Below the pieces are notes generated by a model. That model was not told the DNA's origin, did not search any database, and saw nothing but the letters and a program-made list of their open reading frames with translations. Position numbers and translations under genes: made by a program. DNA of 64,000 bases from the NCBI RefSeq assembly GCF_021869535.1, contig NW_026262723.1:62434001-62498000 (forward strand), written 5' to 3'. The DNA comes from Mytilus californianus. Lineage: Eukaryota. This document shows, one piece after another, positions 26,612-41,774 of this stretch (position 1 is its first letter; every line of letters starts with the position of its first letter).

Positions 26612-27624
26612 CTATAACAGAAAATGCACTAAATAAAAATTAACAGAAACAAAGTGGCTTCATCATTAATGATGATTGTTGTAGACAATTCTAAGCATAT
26701 TTTATATGTAATTTTAAAAGCAAAACAATTAGAATATAACGTCCTTAGTACACCAAGTATGTTAAGTCTTTCATTTAACTTTTTAGCTATTATGTATTGG
26801 TTGTCTTACTCTCAATATCATTTGATTGAATGTGGAACGTCACTGATTTGCTTTCACGTTTTTTTTTTATTTCTATTTCCATAGGAGAGTTATAATGTCG
26901 ATCACTTTACTTTTTCGTTCAAAGTTTTGTAAATAAATATTTGTATGCAGTTGTTGCAAAAGAAATTCCCAACTTGAATCTAAGGTATAACATGAAGGAT
27001 ACATCTATCAGTCATCGTTCTTAGTCAATTATATGTCCAATTTTCTCCATGTAATGATTGATTAAATGTGTATCAATTTGCGACCAAATAGGCCCCAAAA
27101 AATAAAATGTGTTCGTGTTTGGCAATGATTAGTATGATATTATGCACATTCGAAATGATAACATATCTCCATTTACATACATATGAATTATGCCTGTGTA
27201 TCAGGATTATTTCAAGTCAGTGCCGGTACGTGTTCCTTGTTATCACAGTATGGGAACGGAACTGTACGGTTTTTAAATTTTTGTTCATTCGGGAGACTGT
27301 CAAGCGGGACTCCGACATTCGAAAAAATAACAAGTTTCTAGATGGAAAGTTTGATCTACATTTTTGGAAATGATGCTCTTTGATCTGTAAAAAAATGAGC
27401 CGATACTACCTCAGTCATGGGGATTATAGTTTTCGACCAGAGATATATGATACCATCATTATTGTATCATAAGTCTGGTTTGACCCTCCCAAATCTCAAA
27501 CATTTGAAATAGAATCCTTGGTAGATGTGCAATGATTAAAAGAAGGGAGTCCGACATTTTCTTTGAACTAAACTCAACTATTGAACACCATGTGTAACAC
27601 AGAATATGCAACTGAAAAACGAAT

Positions 27625-28560
27625 GTTATAATGATAATAATATCTTTATTGTCATATAAACATATTTAGTTTGTGTCAAAAATAAAAAACAAACATAACA
27701 TAGCAAAGAAATAACAGTTCTATAATAAATGAACACATGGAAAAAAATATAAGACATCTGCCCTCAGTTCTAATGACTGTAAGTGTAATAAAGGAGCCAA
27801 TATTTTAACATGTTCCATGATAGATAGGTTTAACATTTCTTTAACTTTTTGTTCTTGGGTAAGAGACATAAGTTTATGAGAAGGTAAATAATTTTCAAAT
27901 AGATTATCCCTTAGTGTTTTGTTAACTTTACATTCAAGGGGGGATTGTTTTTCATTCTCCGGCAAGTGGCACAGTTTACATATTATATCCTTTCTAGGAT
28001 TTTATAATACCGACCTTTTTCTATTTTTAAATAATGGTCACTAATTCCCAACTTAGTGAAGCATTTTCTTATAGAAAAGTTATCGGAAGCTAAATACAAT
28101 TCTCTATCCCAGCTAAGTTTCAAATTTTAATAAAGTAACAGAGTACTATTTTCATCATAGCTATTTATTCTATTTTCGAAATAATTGATTTTTTTCTTTA
28201 AATTCATTTTTAGTCAAGGTCTTTAAAGGTTTGCTTCATTCAAGTTCCTACAATTATTAACTTTATCTAAAAGGTCTGGGTTGGGTGAAATAGTCTTAGC
28301 ATATGTATTCCAAGAATAAGTACCATGCAAGTCAAGCAGTTTTGACAATGTAAATGCTTCTTTAAGTAAAGGATTTATATTTTCAGAATTCAGCCTTACT
28401 TGGTAAGATATAGTTAGAGACTGTGAAAAAAAATGTTCAAGGGGGGTGCTTCCTAGATTTGCTATATTTGTAGCTGTTTTTCTGGTGTCCAGCAAAAATT
28501 TACAAAAATTAATGTAAACCTTTTCAAATGGAGTTTTATCAATACACGAAATTTAATCAA
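27625..28560 (-). mobile_element. Degraded 3' fragment of a LINE (ORF2 C-terminus with zinc-knuckle region, RTE-X-like)
   Basis: Minus frames give FEKVYINFCKFLLDTRKTATNIA.LG and RKCFTKLGISDHYLKIEKGRYY...ICKLC..ENEK..ECK, with stops and frameshifts; an AATAAA plus (ATT)n-like tail lies at ~27625-27650. Confidence 0.7.
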
Positions 28561-29075
28561 AGGTTTTCTTTTATATTTCGATCAGCTCCTATGTTGCTTT
28601 TTTCATTGTATACAGAGTTGTCTCCCATCTAACAAAATACAAAAGAAAGAAAAGAAAAAAACAAGTTAGAGTTATCGTTCGTACTACATAAGCTGATTTT
28701 CAATAAATGCTTTCAGAGAAAAACGAGATTTTAGCCCGAGTGCCATGGATAATAAATTTCGGAAAAGTTTAAAAAATATTCAGACAACAACATAAGATAA
28801 AACGAATCATGCCCCCTAGACCTGTATAACAATACACAAAATTCCACTCTATTGACCCTCAAGTTATTTATACACAACATTTGTGTTTATGACTGGTGAC
28901 TAGGCTACAATGCTTTAAAAAGTTCTATAGGCTATATCATTAATTTAAACAATAGTGCCACGTTTTCGGTAAATCATAATTTTTCGCATCTTTACAGATA
29001 AAAGAAAATGACACATACTTAGTAAACTTGTTAACAAAGTCTTAATGTATATCAAAACGAAAATATTACACACAG

Positions 29076-29076
29076 C

Positions 29077-29107
<31 letters not shown>

Positions 29108-29118
29108 AAAAAAAAAAA
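29076..29118. repeat. Adjacent poly-C and poly-A homopolymers
   Basis: About 22 C followed directly by about 21 A. Confidence 0.9.
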
Positions 29119-30113
29119 ACCACACACACCCAAAAACATAATAATCCAAAGAGGCACTAGGCCGGAAACTTTTGAGTTTGTCAACGTGTTTGTTCTAAAT
29201 TTATCATAGAGAAATACCTGTTTGTATATCAAATTTAGTTTATTGTTCTTGATTACGCATTATAATTTGGCATTGGCATTTGATATTTTGTATTTTCTTT
29301 TTTATCTTTTGTATACATGATGAATGTGTGAAATTCAAGTCCAAATGCACTAATCTTTATTTCATAACCATAGGCCTAATCTAACAACTTTTAACGAAAA
29401 AATAATTACGACAGATAGCACCTAACGGTAACTACTAGAGCTCTGGGTAATTACTGAGATACAGGCATCCGACTTTGGGCGGGAAGATAAAGATTGTCGG
29501 GGTTAAACATTTTTAAGAGATCCCAACACTACCCTAACCTGGGACATTGGTGTAATGGTACAAAATTAAACAAAGAAACTATAAAAACGGTTGAAAAGGG
29601 GTTGCTCAGCAGATCACTAAGTGCATATAATCAACTCTGAAAATGAAAAAAGTGAGTGGAGTACCGACTAAGGAATGTTTGCAGTTACTGATGTCAAGCG
29701 ATTTCTTTTTTAATCTGATCAGAGACATATAATACATTGTATTATATGTCTCTGATCTGATAAAACTTAAATCTTTAATTGCTCCTTTTTTGCGCGCAAA
29801 GATTCAATTTAAATTAGATTGAGACTGTGTAAATTATTCATCGGTATTACTCCGACGGATTAAGTGTAAAGATGTCATAACGGTAACAATCATAACGTCT
29901 GTGAAAGCATGACATTGTGCAATGGCAAAATCGGTAAATATTGAAAGGATGCAAGAACATACTCAGCGTTAAAAATTGTATAACAATACGAACTTATGTA
30001 TTTATGCTTTGAAAACTATTAAAAAAATAAAATTAATAATAGTACAAATAAAGACAGTCAATGCAGATTTAAAGATCACTGAAATGTAAAAATCAGAGAC
30101 ACACAAAAAAGCC

Positions 30114-30262
30114 AAATTCAAATTCAAAACTCAAAATTCAATATCTCAAAATTTAATTAAATTTTAAATTTTAAATTCTAAATTCTAAATTCTAAATTTA
30201 ATAAATTCAAAATTCAAAAATCAAATTTCCAAAAAATTCAATTCAATATTCAATATTCAAAT
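30114..30262. repeat. Degenerate (AAATTC/AAATTT)n low-complexity tract
   Basis: Repeated 6-7-mers such as AAATTC, AAATTCT and AATATTC over ~150 bp. Confidence 0.8.
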
Positions 30263-30263
30263 T

Positions 30264-30508
30264 TGTATGTCCCATTTAGGGGCATTGTGTTTTTCGGTCT
30301 GTGCTTCCGTTCGTCCGTCCGTTCGTCCGCCCGTCCGTCCGTCCGTCTGTCTGTCCCGCTTCAGGTTAAAGTTTTTGGTCATGTTCCCTATGTTAGGATC
30401 TTTCTAATTTTAATGCCAAATTAGAGTTTTGATCCCAATTTCACGGTCCACTGAACATAGAAAATGATATTGCAAGTAGGGCATCCGTGTACTATGGACA
30501 CATTCTTG
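30264..30508 (+). mobile_element. Short HINE-like element related to family A, with no internal array
   Basis: 5' ATGTCCC-ATTTA-GGGGCAT hairpin, (GTCC)n microsatellite at ~30312-30357 and a 3' GGGCATCCGTGTACTATGGACACATTCTTG end. Confidence 0.65.
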
Positions 30509-31161
30509 TATTATATCTATTCGAATCTTACTAAACAAATCATTGATCCAATTTTGGGCCATCCAGTGGCATTAGAGAATAAACGACAGACAATTGAAAG
30601 TATCATAAAAAAAAAAGCAATAATACTAGAAAGCAGTGAATATTTTTGTTTATTTAAGGTGCTGTTACAACCGAAAATATATTCCATGCATTTTGTATAA
30701 ATCCGTGTAAATATGCTCATGAATTATATATCTCAAGGTCTGTTTAAGAATAAGCAAGGTATTTCAATTCCTTTGAATTAGTTTATATGGATTTGGTGCT
30801 TATATTTCACCAGATATGTATCTCGTAAATCTTTATAATATTTGTGCATACATAAAGATTTTTTTGTTTTCATTATATTATCTTGTAAATCTTATTATTA
30901 TCTGGGACTATAATAGTCCCAGTTATTATGTATATTTTTATGTGGTAAGACCAGAGACATATATATATTTGTTAATATGTCTCTGGTAAGACTATAATAA
31001 AATATTGAATCTGAATCTTAATTCTGATTTCGATTAATCTGATATAATCACAGACTATTAGATTGAAATAATTGTTTCCCCTATAGCATCAATACATAGA
31101 TTCGTCCAACTGAAATATATTATGCAAATTAAAAAGCACACTGTGTCATCATATTGTTGTT

Positions 31162-31342
31162 CCCGCCCACATGATGTCATTTTACCTTCGGAAGTTTGAA
31201 ATGAAAGGTTTGATGATGGTAAAGTCCGAATATACAAAAACGTGGCACCAAGTCGCGCCCTTTAGAATTCATATAAAAGTGAAAATGCCGGCTCCATCTT
31301 CAGATAAATCCTGTGGACTCATTAACTGTTCGGTCAGGCTTT
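31162..31342 (+). promoter_or_regulatory. Promoter of alpha-tubulin C, same architecture as gene B
   Basis: CCCGCCC at 31162, ATGATGTCAT at 31171, CGGAAGTTTGAAAT at 31189, TATAAAAG at 31272, TTCAGA with its A at 31302 and CTGTGGACTCATT at 31311. Confidence 0.7.
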
Positions 31343-31392
31343 ACACGATTTTTAGTAATTTACCACCTTAGTCAACGTTCAGATCAATCAAA

Positions 31393-34234
<2,842 letters not shown>

Positions 34235-34662
34235 CTTAACCTCTTGCCAAATAATCAAAAACAGTCACAAAGATATTAAAACTGTGCAATGCAATCTGTG
34301 CAATTAAGATTTTTATGAGAAAAAAAAATATTCTGAGAATAACTGTTAGTTGATGTTTTAAAATGCATGGAACATGTTAAAATGCTACATAGATGGATCA
34401 AGTGAGATTATCTCTGGTACAAAGAAAATAATTTAAGGTTAAATTGCTAACCCTGATTTTGATATAAGTTTAAGAGGTATGATTGCCATAAAATAAGTTA
34501 ATCAGGTATGATTGACGATGAGACAACTATCCATTATAGAAAAATGTGATAACTATATGTCGCCTTAATGCCTCAACAATGAGAAAAACCCATACCCTAG
34601 TAAGCTACATAGGCCCCTTGTATGACAAAATATGAATCAATTCAAAAGAGAAACTAACCTGA

Positions 34663-36066
34663 TTTTTATACGACCGCAAAAAAATTTTGAGGTCGTATAT
34701 TGGTATGACGTGGTCGTCGTCCGAAGACACATTGGTTTTCGCACTCTAACTTTAGTTTAAGTGAATGGATCTCTATGAAATTTAACATAAGGTTCAATAT
34801 CACAAAAGGGAGGTGGGGATTGATTTTGGGGGTTATGGTACCAACAGTTAAGGAATAAGGGGCCAAAAATAAGCATTTTTGTAACTTCCAGACATAACGT
34901 GTGTGTTAGTGTTTGGATCTCTCTGACATTGTACCACAAGGTTCCATATCTCAAAGGGAATGCTGGGATTGATTTTTGGGGTAATTGCCTCCAAATTTTA
35001 GGAATTAGGGGCCAAAAAGGGGCAAAAAACAAGCATTTTTCTAGTTTCATGACAATAACTTGTGTGTAAGTGTATGGATCTCTCTGACATTGTACCACAA
35101 GGTTCCATATGACAAAGGGAATGCTAGGATTGATTTTGGGGGTAATTGCCTCCAAATTTTAGGAATTAGGGGCCAAAAAGGGGCAAAAAACAAGCATTTG
35201 TTTAGTTTCATGACAATAACTTGTGTAAGTGTATGTATCTTTATGAAATTGTACTACAAGGTTCCATATCACAAAGGGAACGCTAGAATTGAGTTTGGGG
35301 GTAATTGCCCAAAACTTTTAGGAATAAGGGACTAAAATAAGCATGTTTCTAGTTTCCAGACAATAACTTGTGTTCAAGTGTATGGATTTCTATGAAATTG
35401 TACTGCAAGGTACCATACTGCAAAGGGAAGGCTGGGATTGATTTTGGGGGTAATTCCCTCAAAATTTGAGGAAAAAGGGGCAAAAAAACGCATTTTTCTA
35501 GTTTCAGGACAATAACTTGTGTGTAAGTGTATGGATCTTTATGAAATTGTACTGCAAGGTTCAATATCACAAAGGGAAAGCTGGGTTTTAGTTTGGGGGT
35601 AATTGCCCTAAACGTTTAGAAATTTGGGGCCAAAAAACAAGCATTTTTCTAGTTGCCAGACAATAACTTGTGTTCAAGTGTATGGATCTCTCTGAAATTG
35701 TACTGCAAGGTACCATACCACAAAGGGAAGGCTGGGACTGAGTTTGGGGGTGATGAATCGTAAGGGGGTTCAAAAAATTTGGGGGGGATTTTTTTTCCTT
35801 TTTTTTCTTTAAAATTTTCCATTTTAAATTGGTTATTTCTGATTTATATATAAACGCAAAAATTGAATATAAATTAAAATCATATAACCAATTCTAAGTT
35901 CTTAGACCACATTCATTCTGTGTCAGAAACCTATGCTGTGTCAAATATTTAATTGCAATCCAAATTCAGTGCTGTATCAAGCTTGAATGTTGTGTCCATA
36001 CTTGCCCCAACTGTTCAGGGTTCGACCTCTGCGGTCGTATCAAGCTGCGCCCCAGCGAAGCATTTT
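34663..36066 (+). mobile_element. Full-length HINE-like element (family B) with a 147-161-bp tandem array
   Basis: 5' ATACGACCGC...GAGGTCGTAT hairpin, (GTC)n, about six internal units (AAGCAT marker at 34871, 35031, 35192, 35339, ~35488, 35639), 3' subterminal GCGGTCGTAT at 36031-36040 and a stem-loop; T-rich flanks, no TSD. Confidence 0.85.
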
Positions 36067-36250
36067 ATTACTGATTAATACTGCAACAGTAAAGGAAAAG
36101 CAATATGAGAATACCGACAAATACTTGATTACAGACCTTGCTTTGCTTGGAACAGGCACATCTAGGCAAACATTTTAATTAATATTTTTGGAAAGTCAGT
36201 TACCTATTCAAACAGGAAAAACATCAACAGACACAAGTTATACATTGTAT

Positions 36251-36371
36251 TTGCTTTCCACGTATGTAATACCACACACTCCTGAAGTTGTTGCTATCCA
36301 CGTATGTAATACCACACTCCTGAAGTTGTTGCTTTCCACGTATGTAATACCACACACTCCTGAAGTTGTTG
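36251..36371. repeat. Minisatellite, 3 x 38-40 bp
   Basis: TTGCT(T/A)TCCACGTATGTAATACCACAC(AC)TCCTGAAGTTG repeated three times. Confidence 0.95.
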
Positions 36372-36765
36372 GTATACTGCAATCACTTTGTGACTACATG
36401 TAGTACATGGGGACCATCAGCAATTTTGAAACAATTCTTTACCAAAAGTGCCACCCAATCAGAAGTATTTTCTCAACACTTTGTGTCCTTTATCAGTTAA
36501 CTTAAAATCTCTCTTTTGAAACTACTGGGCTAATTGGAACCAAACTTGGCTAAATTATTCTTAGTGTATTTAGTTTTTAAAAAATGTCTGGTGATCCCGT
36601 TTGCCAACCAAAGCTGAAAATAGAACAGTCAAATGCAAGTATCGTCTTATTTTTAATATCATAATGGATAGAGAAAATCTGATCGGCAAAATATTAAGAA
36701 TGTCAAGATCTGTTTGATGTTTATTTTGGGCAAATTTATCAAGATTACTCTAGGAGTTTCTGCTT

Positions 36766-37861
36766 TTTATCTCACCTGGCCTAAAAGGCAGAGTGAGCTT
36801 TTCTCATCACTTGGTGTCCGTCGTCGTCCTTCAACTTTTACAAACATTTTCTCTGAAACTACTGGGCCAAATTTAACCATACTTAGCCACACACATCATT
36901 AGGGTATCTAGTTTAAAAAAAATGTGTCCGATGACCCCGCCTGTCAACCAACATGGCCGACATGGCTAAAAATAGAATATAGGGGTAAAATGCAGTTTTT
37001 ATACGACCGCAAAAAATTTTTTGGGATCGTATGATGTCGTCGTCTGAAGACACATTTGGTTTCCGGACAATAACTTTAGTTTTTTTAAAGTGACTGGATC
37101 TCTATGAAATTTTTTAAGACGGTTCAATACCACAAAAGGAAGGTTGGGATTGATTTTGGGGATGATGGTCCCAACGGTTTAGGAATAAGGGGCCCAAAAC
37201 AAGCATTTTTCTAGTTTCAGGATAATAACTTGTGTATAAGTATTTCGATTGCTCTGAAATTGTAACACAAGTAGAAGGTTGGGATTCATTTTAGGGGTTA
37301 TGGGGACCAACAGTTTAGAAATTTCAGGGTCAAAAAGAAGCATTTTTCTAGTTTCCAGACAATAACTTGTGTGTAAGTGTATGGATCTCTCTGACATTGT
37401 ACCACAAGGTTCCATATAACAAAGGGAAGGCTGGGATCGAATTTTTGAAAAGTTTCAAGAAAAAATCTTCAATTGCACAGTATTGCGCAATGGATTTATA
37501 AGATCTTTGACCACATTTATTTTGTGTCAGAAACCTATATTATGTCAAAAATTTGATCACAATCCAAATTCAGACAGTATCAAGCTTGAATATTGTGTCC
37601 AAATTTGCCCCAACGGTTCAGGGATCGACCCCTGCGGTCGCATCAGGCTGCGCTCAGCGAAGCATTTTATTAGCTTATATCTCTGAAACTAAAGCATTTA
37701 AAGCAAATCTGACATGGGTAATAATGTTTATCAGGTGAAGATCTGTCGGCCATTATTATGGTATCTAATACTTTTTGTTGTGATTTTAACCATATTATGC
37801 ATGATTTCCGAAAACACAGTAGATACAGGTGAGCGACACAGGCTCCGAGAGCCTCCAGTTA
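36766..37861 (+). mobile_element. HINE-like element (family E) split by a nested family-B element
   Basis: 5' TTTTTATCTCACCTGGCC...GTGAGC and (GTC)n; the sequence stops at GGTAAAATGCAGTT, resumes at AGCTTATATCTCTGAAAC (~37673) and ends GTGAGCGACACAGGCTC-CGA-GAGCCTCCAGTT. Confidence 0.7.
36997..37672 (+). mobile_element. Family-B HINE-like element nested in family E
   Basis: TTTTTATACGACCGC 5' end, 2-3 array units, and a 3' GCGGTCGCATCAGGCTGCGCTCAGCGAAGCA end. Confidence 0.8.
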
Positions 37862-38023
37862 AACGACAGCAAACTTTTTTGCATCCGTATCATGTTATGG
37901 CGATGTCTGCGTCTGAAGACCTTTGGTTCGCAGACAATAACTGAGTATAAGTGGTATGGATCTCCATGAAATTTTAGCACAAGGTTCCATACCACTAAAG
38001 GATGTTTGGGATTGGTGTTGTAT

Positions 38024-39013
38024 TTATGCCCCCGCCATTGCGGAGGGGGCATTAAGTTTTACCTTTGTCCGTCTGTACGTCCGTTGGTGTTGTATTTATG
38101 CCCCCGCCATTGCGGAGGGGGCATTAAGTTTTACCTTTGTCCGTCTGTACGTCCGTACGTACGTCCCAAAGTTGGTTTCCGTTCTCTAACTTTAGTTTGC
38201 CTCAACCAAATGTTATGAAACTTGTACACAATGCTTATTACCACAAAACACAGATCAAGTTTGAATTTTGGTGGCGTCACTTTAACCGTTCTGGAGTTAT
38301 GCTCCTTTACAAATGGAAAAATTGCTGAATTTTTCGTTTCCGTTCTCTAACTTTAGTTTGCCGCAACCAAATGCTACGAAACTTATACACAATGCTTATT
38401 ACTACAAAATACAGATCAAGTTTGGATTTTAGTGGCGTCATTTTTACCGTTCTAGAGTTATGTCCCTTTACAAATGGAAAAATTGCTGAATTTTCCGTTT
38501 CTGTTCACGAACTTTAGTTTGCCTTAACCAAATGCTACAAAACTTATACACAATGCTTATTACCACAAAACACAGATCAAGTTAGAATTTTGGTGGTGTC
38601 ACCTATACCGTTCTAGAGTTATGCCCCTTTACATATGGAAAAGTTGCTGAATTTTTGTTTCCGTTCTCTAACTTAAGTTAGCCTCAACCAAGTGTTATGA
38701 AACTGATACACAATGCTTATTACCACAAAATACAGATAAAGTTTGAATTTTGGGGGTGTCACTTTTATTGTTCTAGAGTTATACCCCTTTACAAATGGAA
38801 AAATTGCTGAATTTATCGTTTCCGTTGTGTAGCTTAAGTTTGCCTTAACCAAATTTTATGAAACTTATACACAATACTTATTACCACAAAACTCAAATCA
38901 AGTACAAATTTGGGTAGTGTCACTTTTACCGTTCTTCAGTTATGTCGCTTTATAACTTTATATGATATGCTAGCGGGGGCATCGTCTGAGTCCCATGGAC
39001 ACATTCCCCATTT
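38024..39013 (+). mobile_element. Full-length family-A HINE-like element with five ~161-bp units
   Basis: 5' ATGCCCCCGC-CATT-GCGGAGGGGGCAT, (GTAC/GTCC)n, units starting at 38175, 38336, 38497, 38657 and 38818, 3' subterminal GCGGGGGCAT at 38973-38982, then CCATGGACACATT. Confidence 0.9.
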
Positions 39014-39694
39014 ATTATTATTTTTTTTGGGGGGGGGGGGGGGGGGTATTGTCATAGCGGTTTTGTTATTGGGGGCCAAAAAAGGTCAATTTTACTTACT
39101 GGTTCATACATCGATACTATAAGCAATAGAGCAACTATATATAGTGAATGAATACTTGTTGGTTGCTTAACGTTCAGTGACAATTATTTTATGAATATAA
39201 TTATATTCAGGACGATGGAATGATTTTAAGGCGTAATATTCGATTGGCAGATTTCATCTGACCTTGGCATCTTTTTCATGGTTTATAGGACAATGTTTAG
39301 TTTATTTTGTTTTGGGTTTTTAATTAAAATTTTGTATTTTCATATAAGTAAAGATACTTGTGACAAATACAAATCATAACAACAAAAAATAAACTGATTT
39401 GAATACATATATATACACAAGCAAAATAACAAATCTCCTGTACACAGCTCCATGATTGCAAGATGTACAAGTCTGCCTGGGACTTCCCCCTGGAGGTTTC
39501 ATATGACCATGATCTCATTTTATTGGTTAATTTGTCTTCATGGTGTTAAAAGTTTTATCAAATACCAAAAACAATAGGCAAACTATATTTGGTGTATGGA
39601 ATTATTGTTAGGTGTACATGTCCTTAACAGGGTTCATATGACCTTGACCTCATTTTCATGGTTTTGGTCTTTCTTTGATACCTTACCAATAGGC

Positions 39695-41080
39695 CAACGA
39701 AGAAGCCGAAAATGACCAAGGAGTAGGCCCGGTAAGACCCTTTTTTGGCCCCAAAATATAGCAGTTTTACAAAATTGTTAAAATGTAAATTTTTAGCTAT
39801 TTATTGGAAAGAAGAATACTTCTGCTAAAAAATATGGGCTGTTTTTTACAATACAATGCACATGTATCGGGTACTAGCATCATTAAGCACACTAAATTAC
39901 TGAAATCTTCGAAATTTTAGCATTTTTTGTTAATTTTTAGACGGTTTCCGTCTGAAATGGAAGTGGCCGCATTTGTGTTCATTCTTAATATTTGAATTTA
40001 AGCTGTTGTATATGAGGATAATACATAACATATATAGAGTTTGAGAATGAACACGGATGCGGCCACTTTCATTTTTGGCAAAAACCATCTGAAAAGTGAC
40101 ATATTATGGCATACTTGATAGATTTTTCATATTTAAGCTTAAATTTGAGCGTCTTTAATGACTAAATTAGCTCAAATCTTTCACATACACTAATTGAATC
40201 GACTGAAGTAGACACTTAAGTGTTTAAAAAGTGTCAAAAATCTGTCATCAGATGAACCGGAATTTTGAGGCCAAAATCGGCCCTTATCGGACCTACTCCT
40301 TTGTATCCGTATTTACCAACGAGAATAATAACCAGACAAGGGTCCATCTCCATAAAAACCCATGATCAACATCCGAATTACAATGGAGTGAAAAGGATCG
40401 CATAAACGAGAAGAAAGCCAGTGATCAACATATAATACCTCGACCACATTCCTCAAAGAAACAGCAGATGTCAGAACACCAATACTGACTTTATTACCAA
40501 ACAGTCGTTTGATACTGGAGATATACCCAGATTGGAAAAAAGCAAATATTGTATCTATTTTCAAAAAAGGCGACCAATCTTGGCATGCTAACTACCGACC
40601 AGTATCCCTTACAGCAGTCATATCCAAGAATTAGATGCTAGAACACATCATAGTATTCCAGATAATAAAACACCTATATCAACAGAATTAAGTTCATGTC
40701 AACCAACACGGTTTTCGTGCAAAAGAGATGCTGTAAACCCCATTTACTTATAATAACAGACGACGCAAACCATGGAAAACAAATTGATATTGGAATCGAA
40801 AGCGTTTGATAAAGACCATCACACTAGACTTTCATACAAACTCCCATCACTACAGAATCCAGAGTAACACGCGTAGATAGATATAGACAGTTTTCTGAAC
40901 TACTGACAACAGGTTGTAGTAGACATCAACATCGTACACGCCGTCAGTTACATCAGGTGTTCAACAAGGGACTCTGCATGGCCCAGCAGTATTCTCAATC
41001 TACATCAACAGCATCACTGATGATGTGACATCAACTATAAGACTGCTCGCGGATGGCTGTGTGAACTTTAGATCCATAGA
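39695..41080 (+). mobile_element. Degraded CR1/L2-group LINE reverse-transcriptase fragment, interrupted at 39720-40299
   Basis: Broken frames give NDQFVSVFTNE, DWKKANIVSIFKKGD...NYRPVSLT, NQHGFRA, KAFDK, SGVQQGTL.GP.VF.IYIN and IRLLADGC. Confidence 0.85.
39720..40299. mobile_element. ~580-bp TIR element with an internal palindrome and no apparent TSD (Spy-like MITE)
   Basis: GGAGTAGGCCCGGTAAG...TTTTGGCCCCAAAAT versus ATTTTGAGGCCAAAA...CTTATCGGACCTACTCC; internal arms at ~39954-39986 and 40043-40074; flanks CAA|TTT. Confidence 0.75.
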
Positions 41081-41774
41081 GTATAAGGAAGTTTAACTGT
41101 TTGAAGTCAATGAGTATGTATCACTGAGTTGTGCTTTGTCGTTGTTACTTGTCTTTCAAATTTCCATGAAATTATACGATTTATAAAAAAAAAATGTCCG
41201 GAATTCCATAAAAGCATAGTAACAAGCAGTTTAAAAATAGCAAAATGTTCAGGAAAGTTGTTGTTTAAAAAAAACACTGGCATCTGATTTTTTTATTTTA
41301 TGCGTTGGCGTTTGACAGTTATATTACTGGAAACACCTGTTTATCGTACAAAACAATTATTAACAAATACCTCTCGTTAAACTTTTTGTACCATTTCAGT
41401 TTTAAAATCGGAAAGGAAGCATTCTTAATAATATACACCCTGAAAATAGTAATAGTGTTTTCTTTCAAACTAAAATACTTTAAAATTGAAAATGGTGAAT
41501 TTAAATTCTAGCATGAATATAACATTAAAATCGACCGCGTAAGGTGTTAATTAAGGAAGGGGGTTTTGGGATAGAGGGAGGGGCATTTATTCTGAAACAA
41601 GTTGATAGCCTGGGATGATGCCCAACTTTCTATTCGTTTCAGTAAGTCGACTATAGAGCAGTAAGTCAGGCTAACAGGTAAATTGATTTGAGTTGTCTCG
41701 CTTTAATCACAGTAGTCTTTATCACCTGTCATAGGTCACCATCCTGTTGTTCAGTGTGTTTCTCGTTTCTCGTT

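Noticed and set aside
27095-27250. Possible exon-2 remnant of the tubulin pseudogene (GGTACGTGTT at ~27225)
   Set aside because: The match to gene D is only about 10 nt and does not extend on either side.
29076-29118. Poly-C/poly-A junction as a functional G4 or retro-tail
   Set aside because: No TSD or associated element was seen, similar G/C runs are common in this window, and homopolymer lengths may be unreliable.
34666-38328. 60-130-aa ORFs with internally repeated peptides (34757-35155, 35060-35335, 35349-35570, 37956-38218)
   Set aside because: They are translations of HINE tandem arrays and the 72-bp duplication, not genes.
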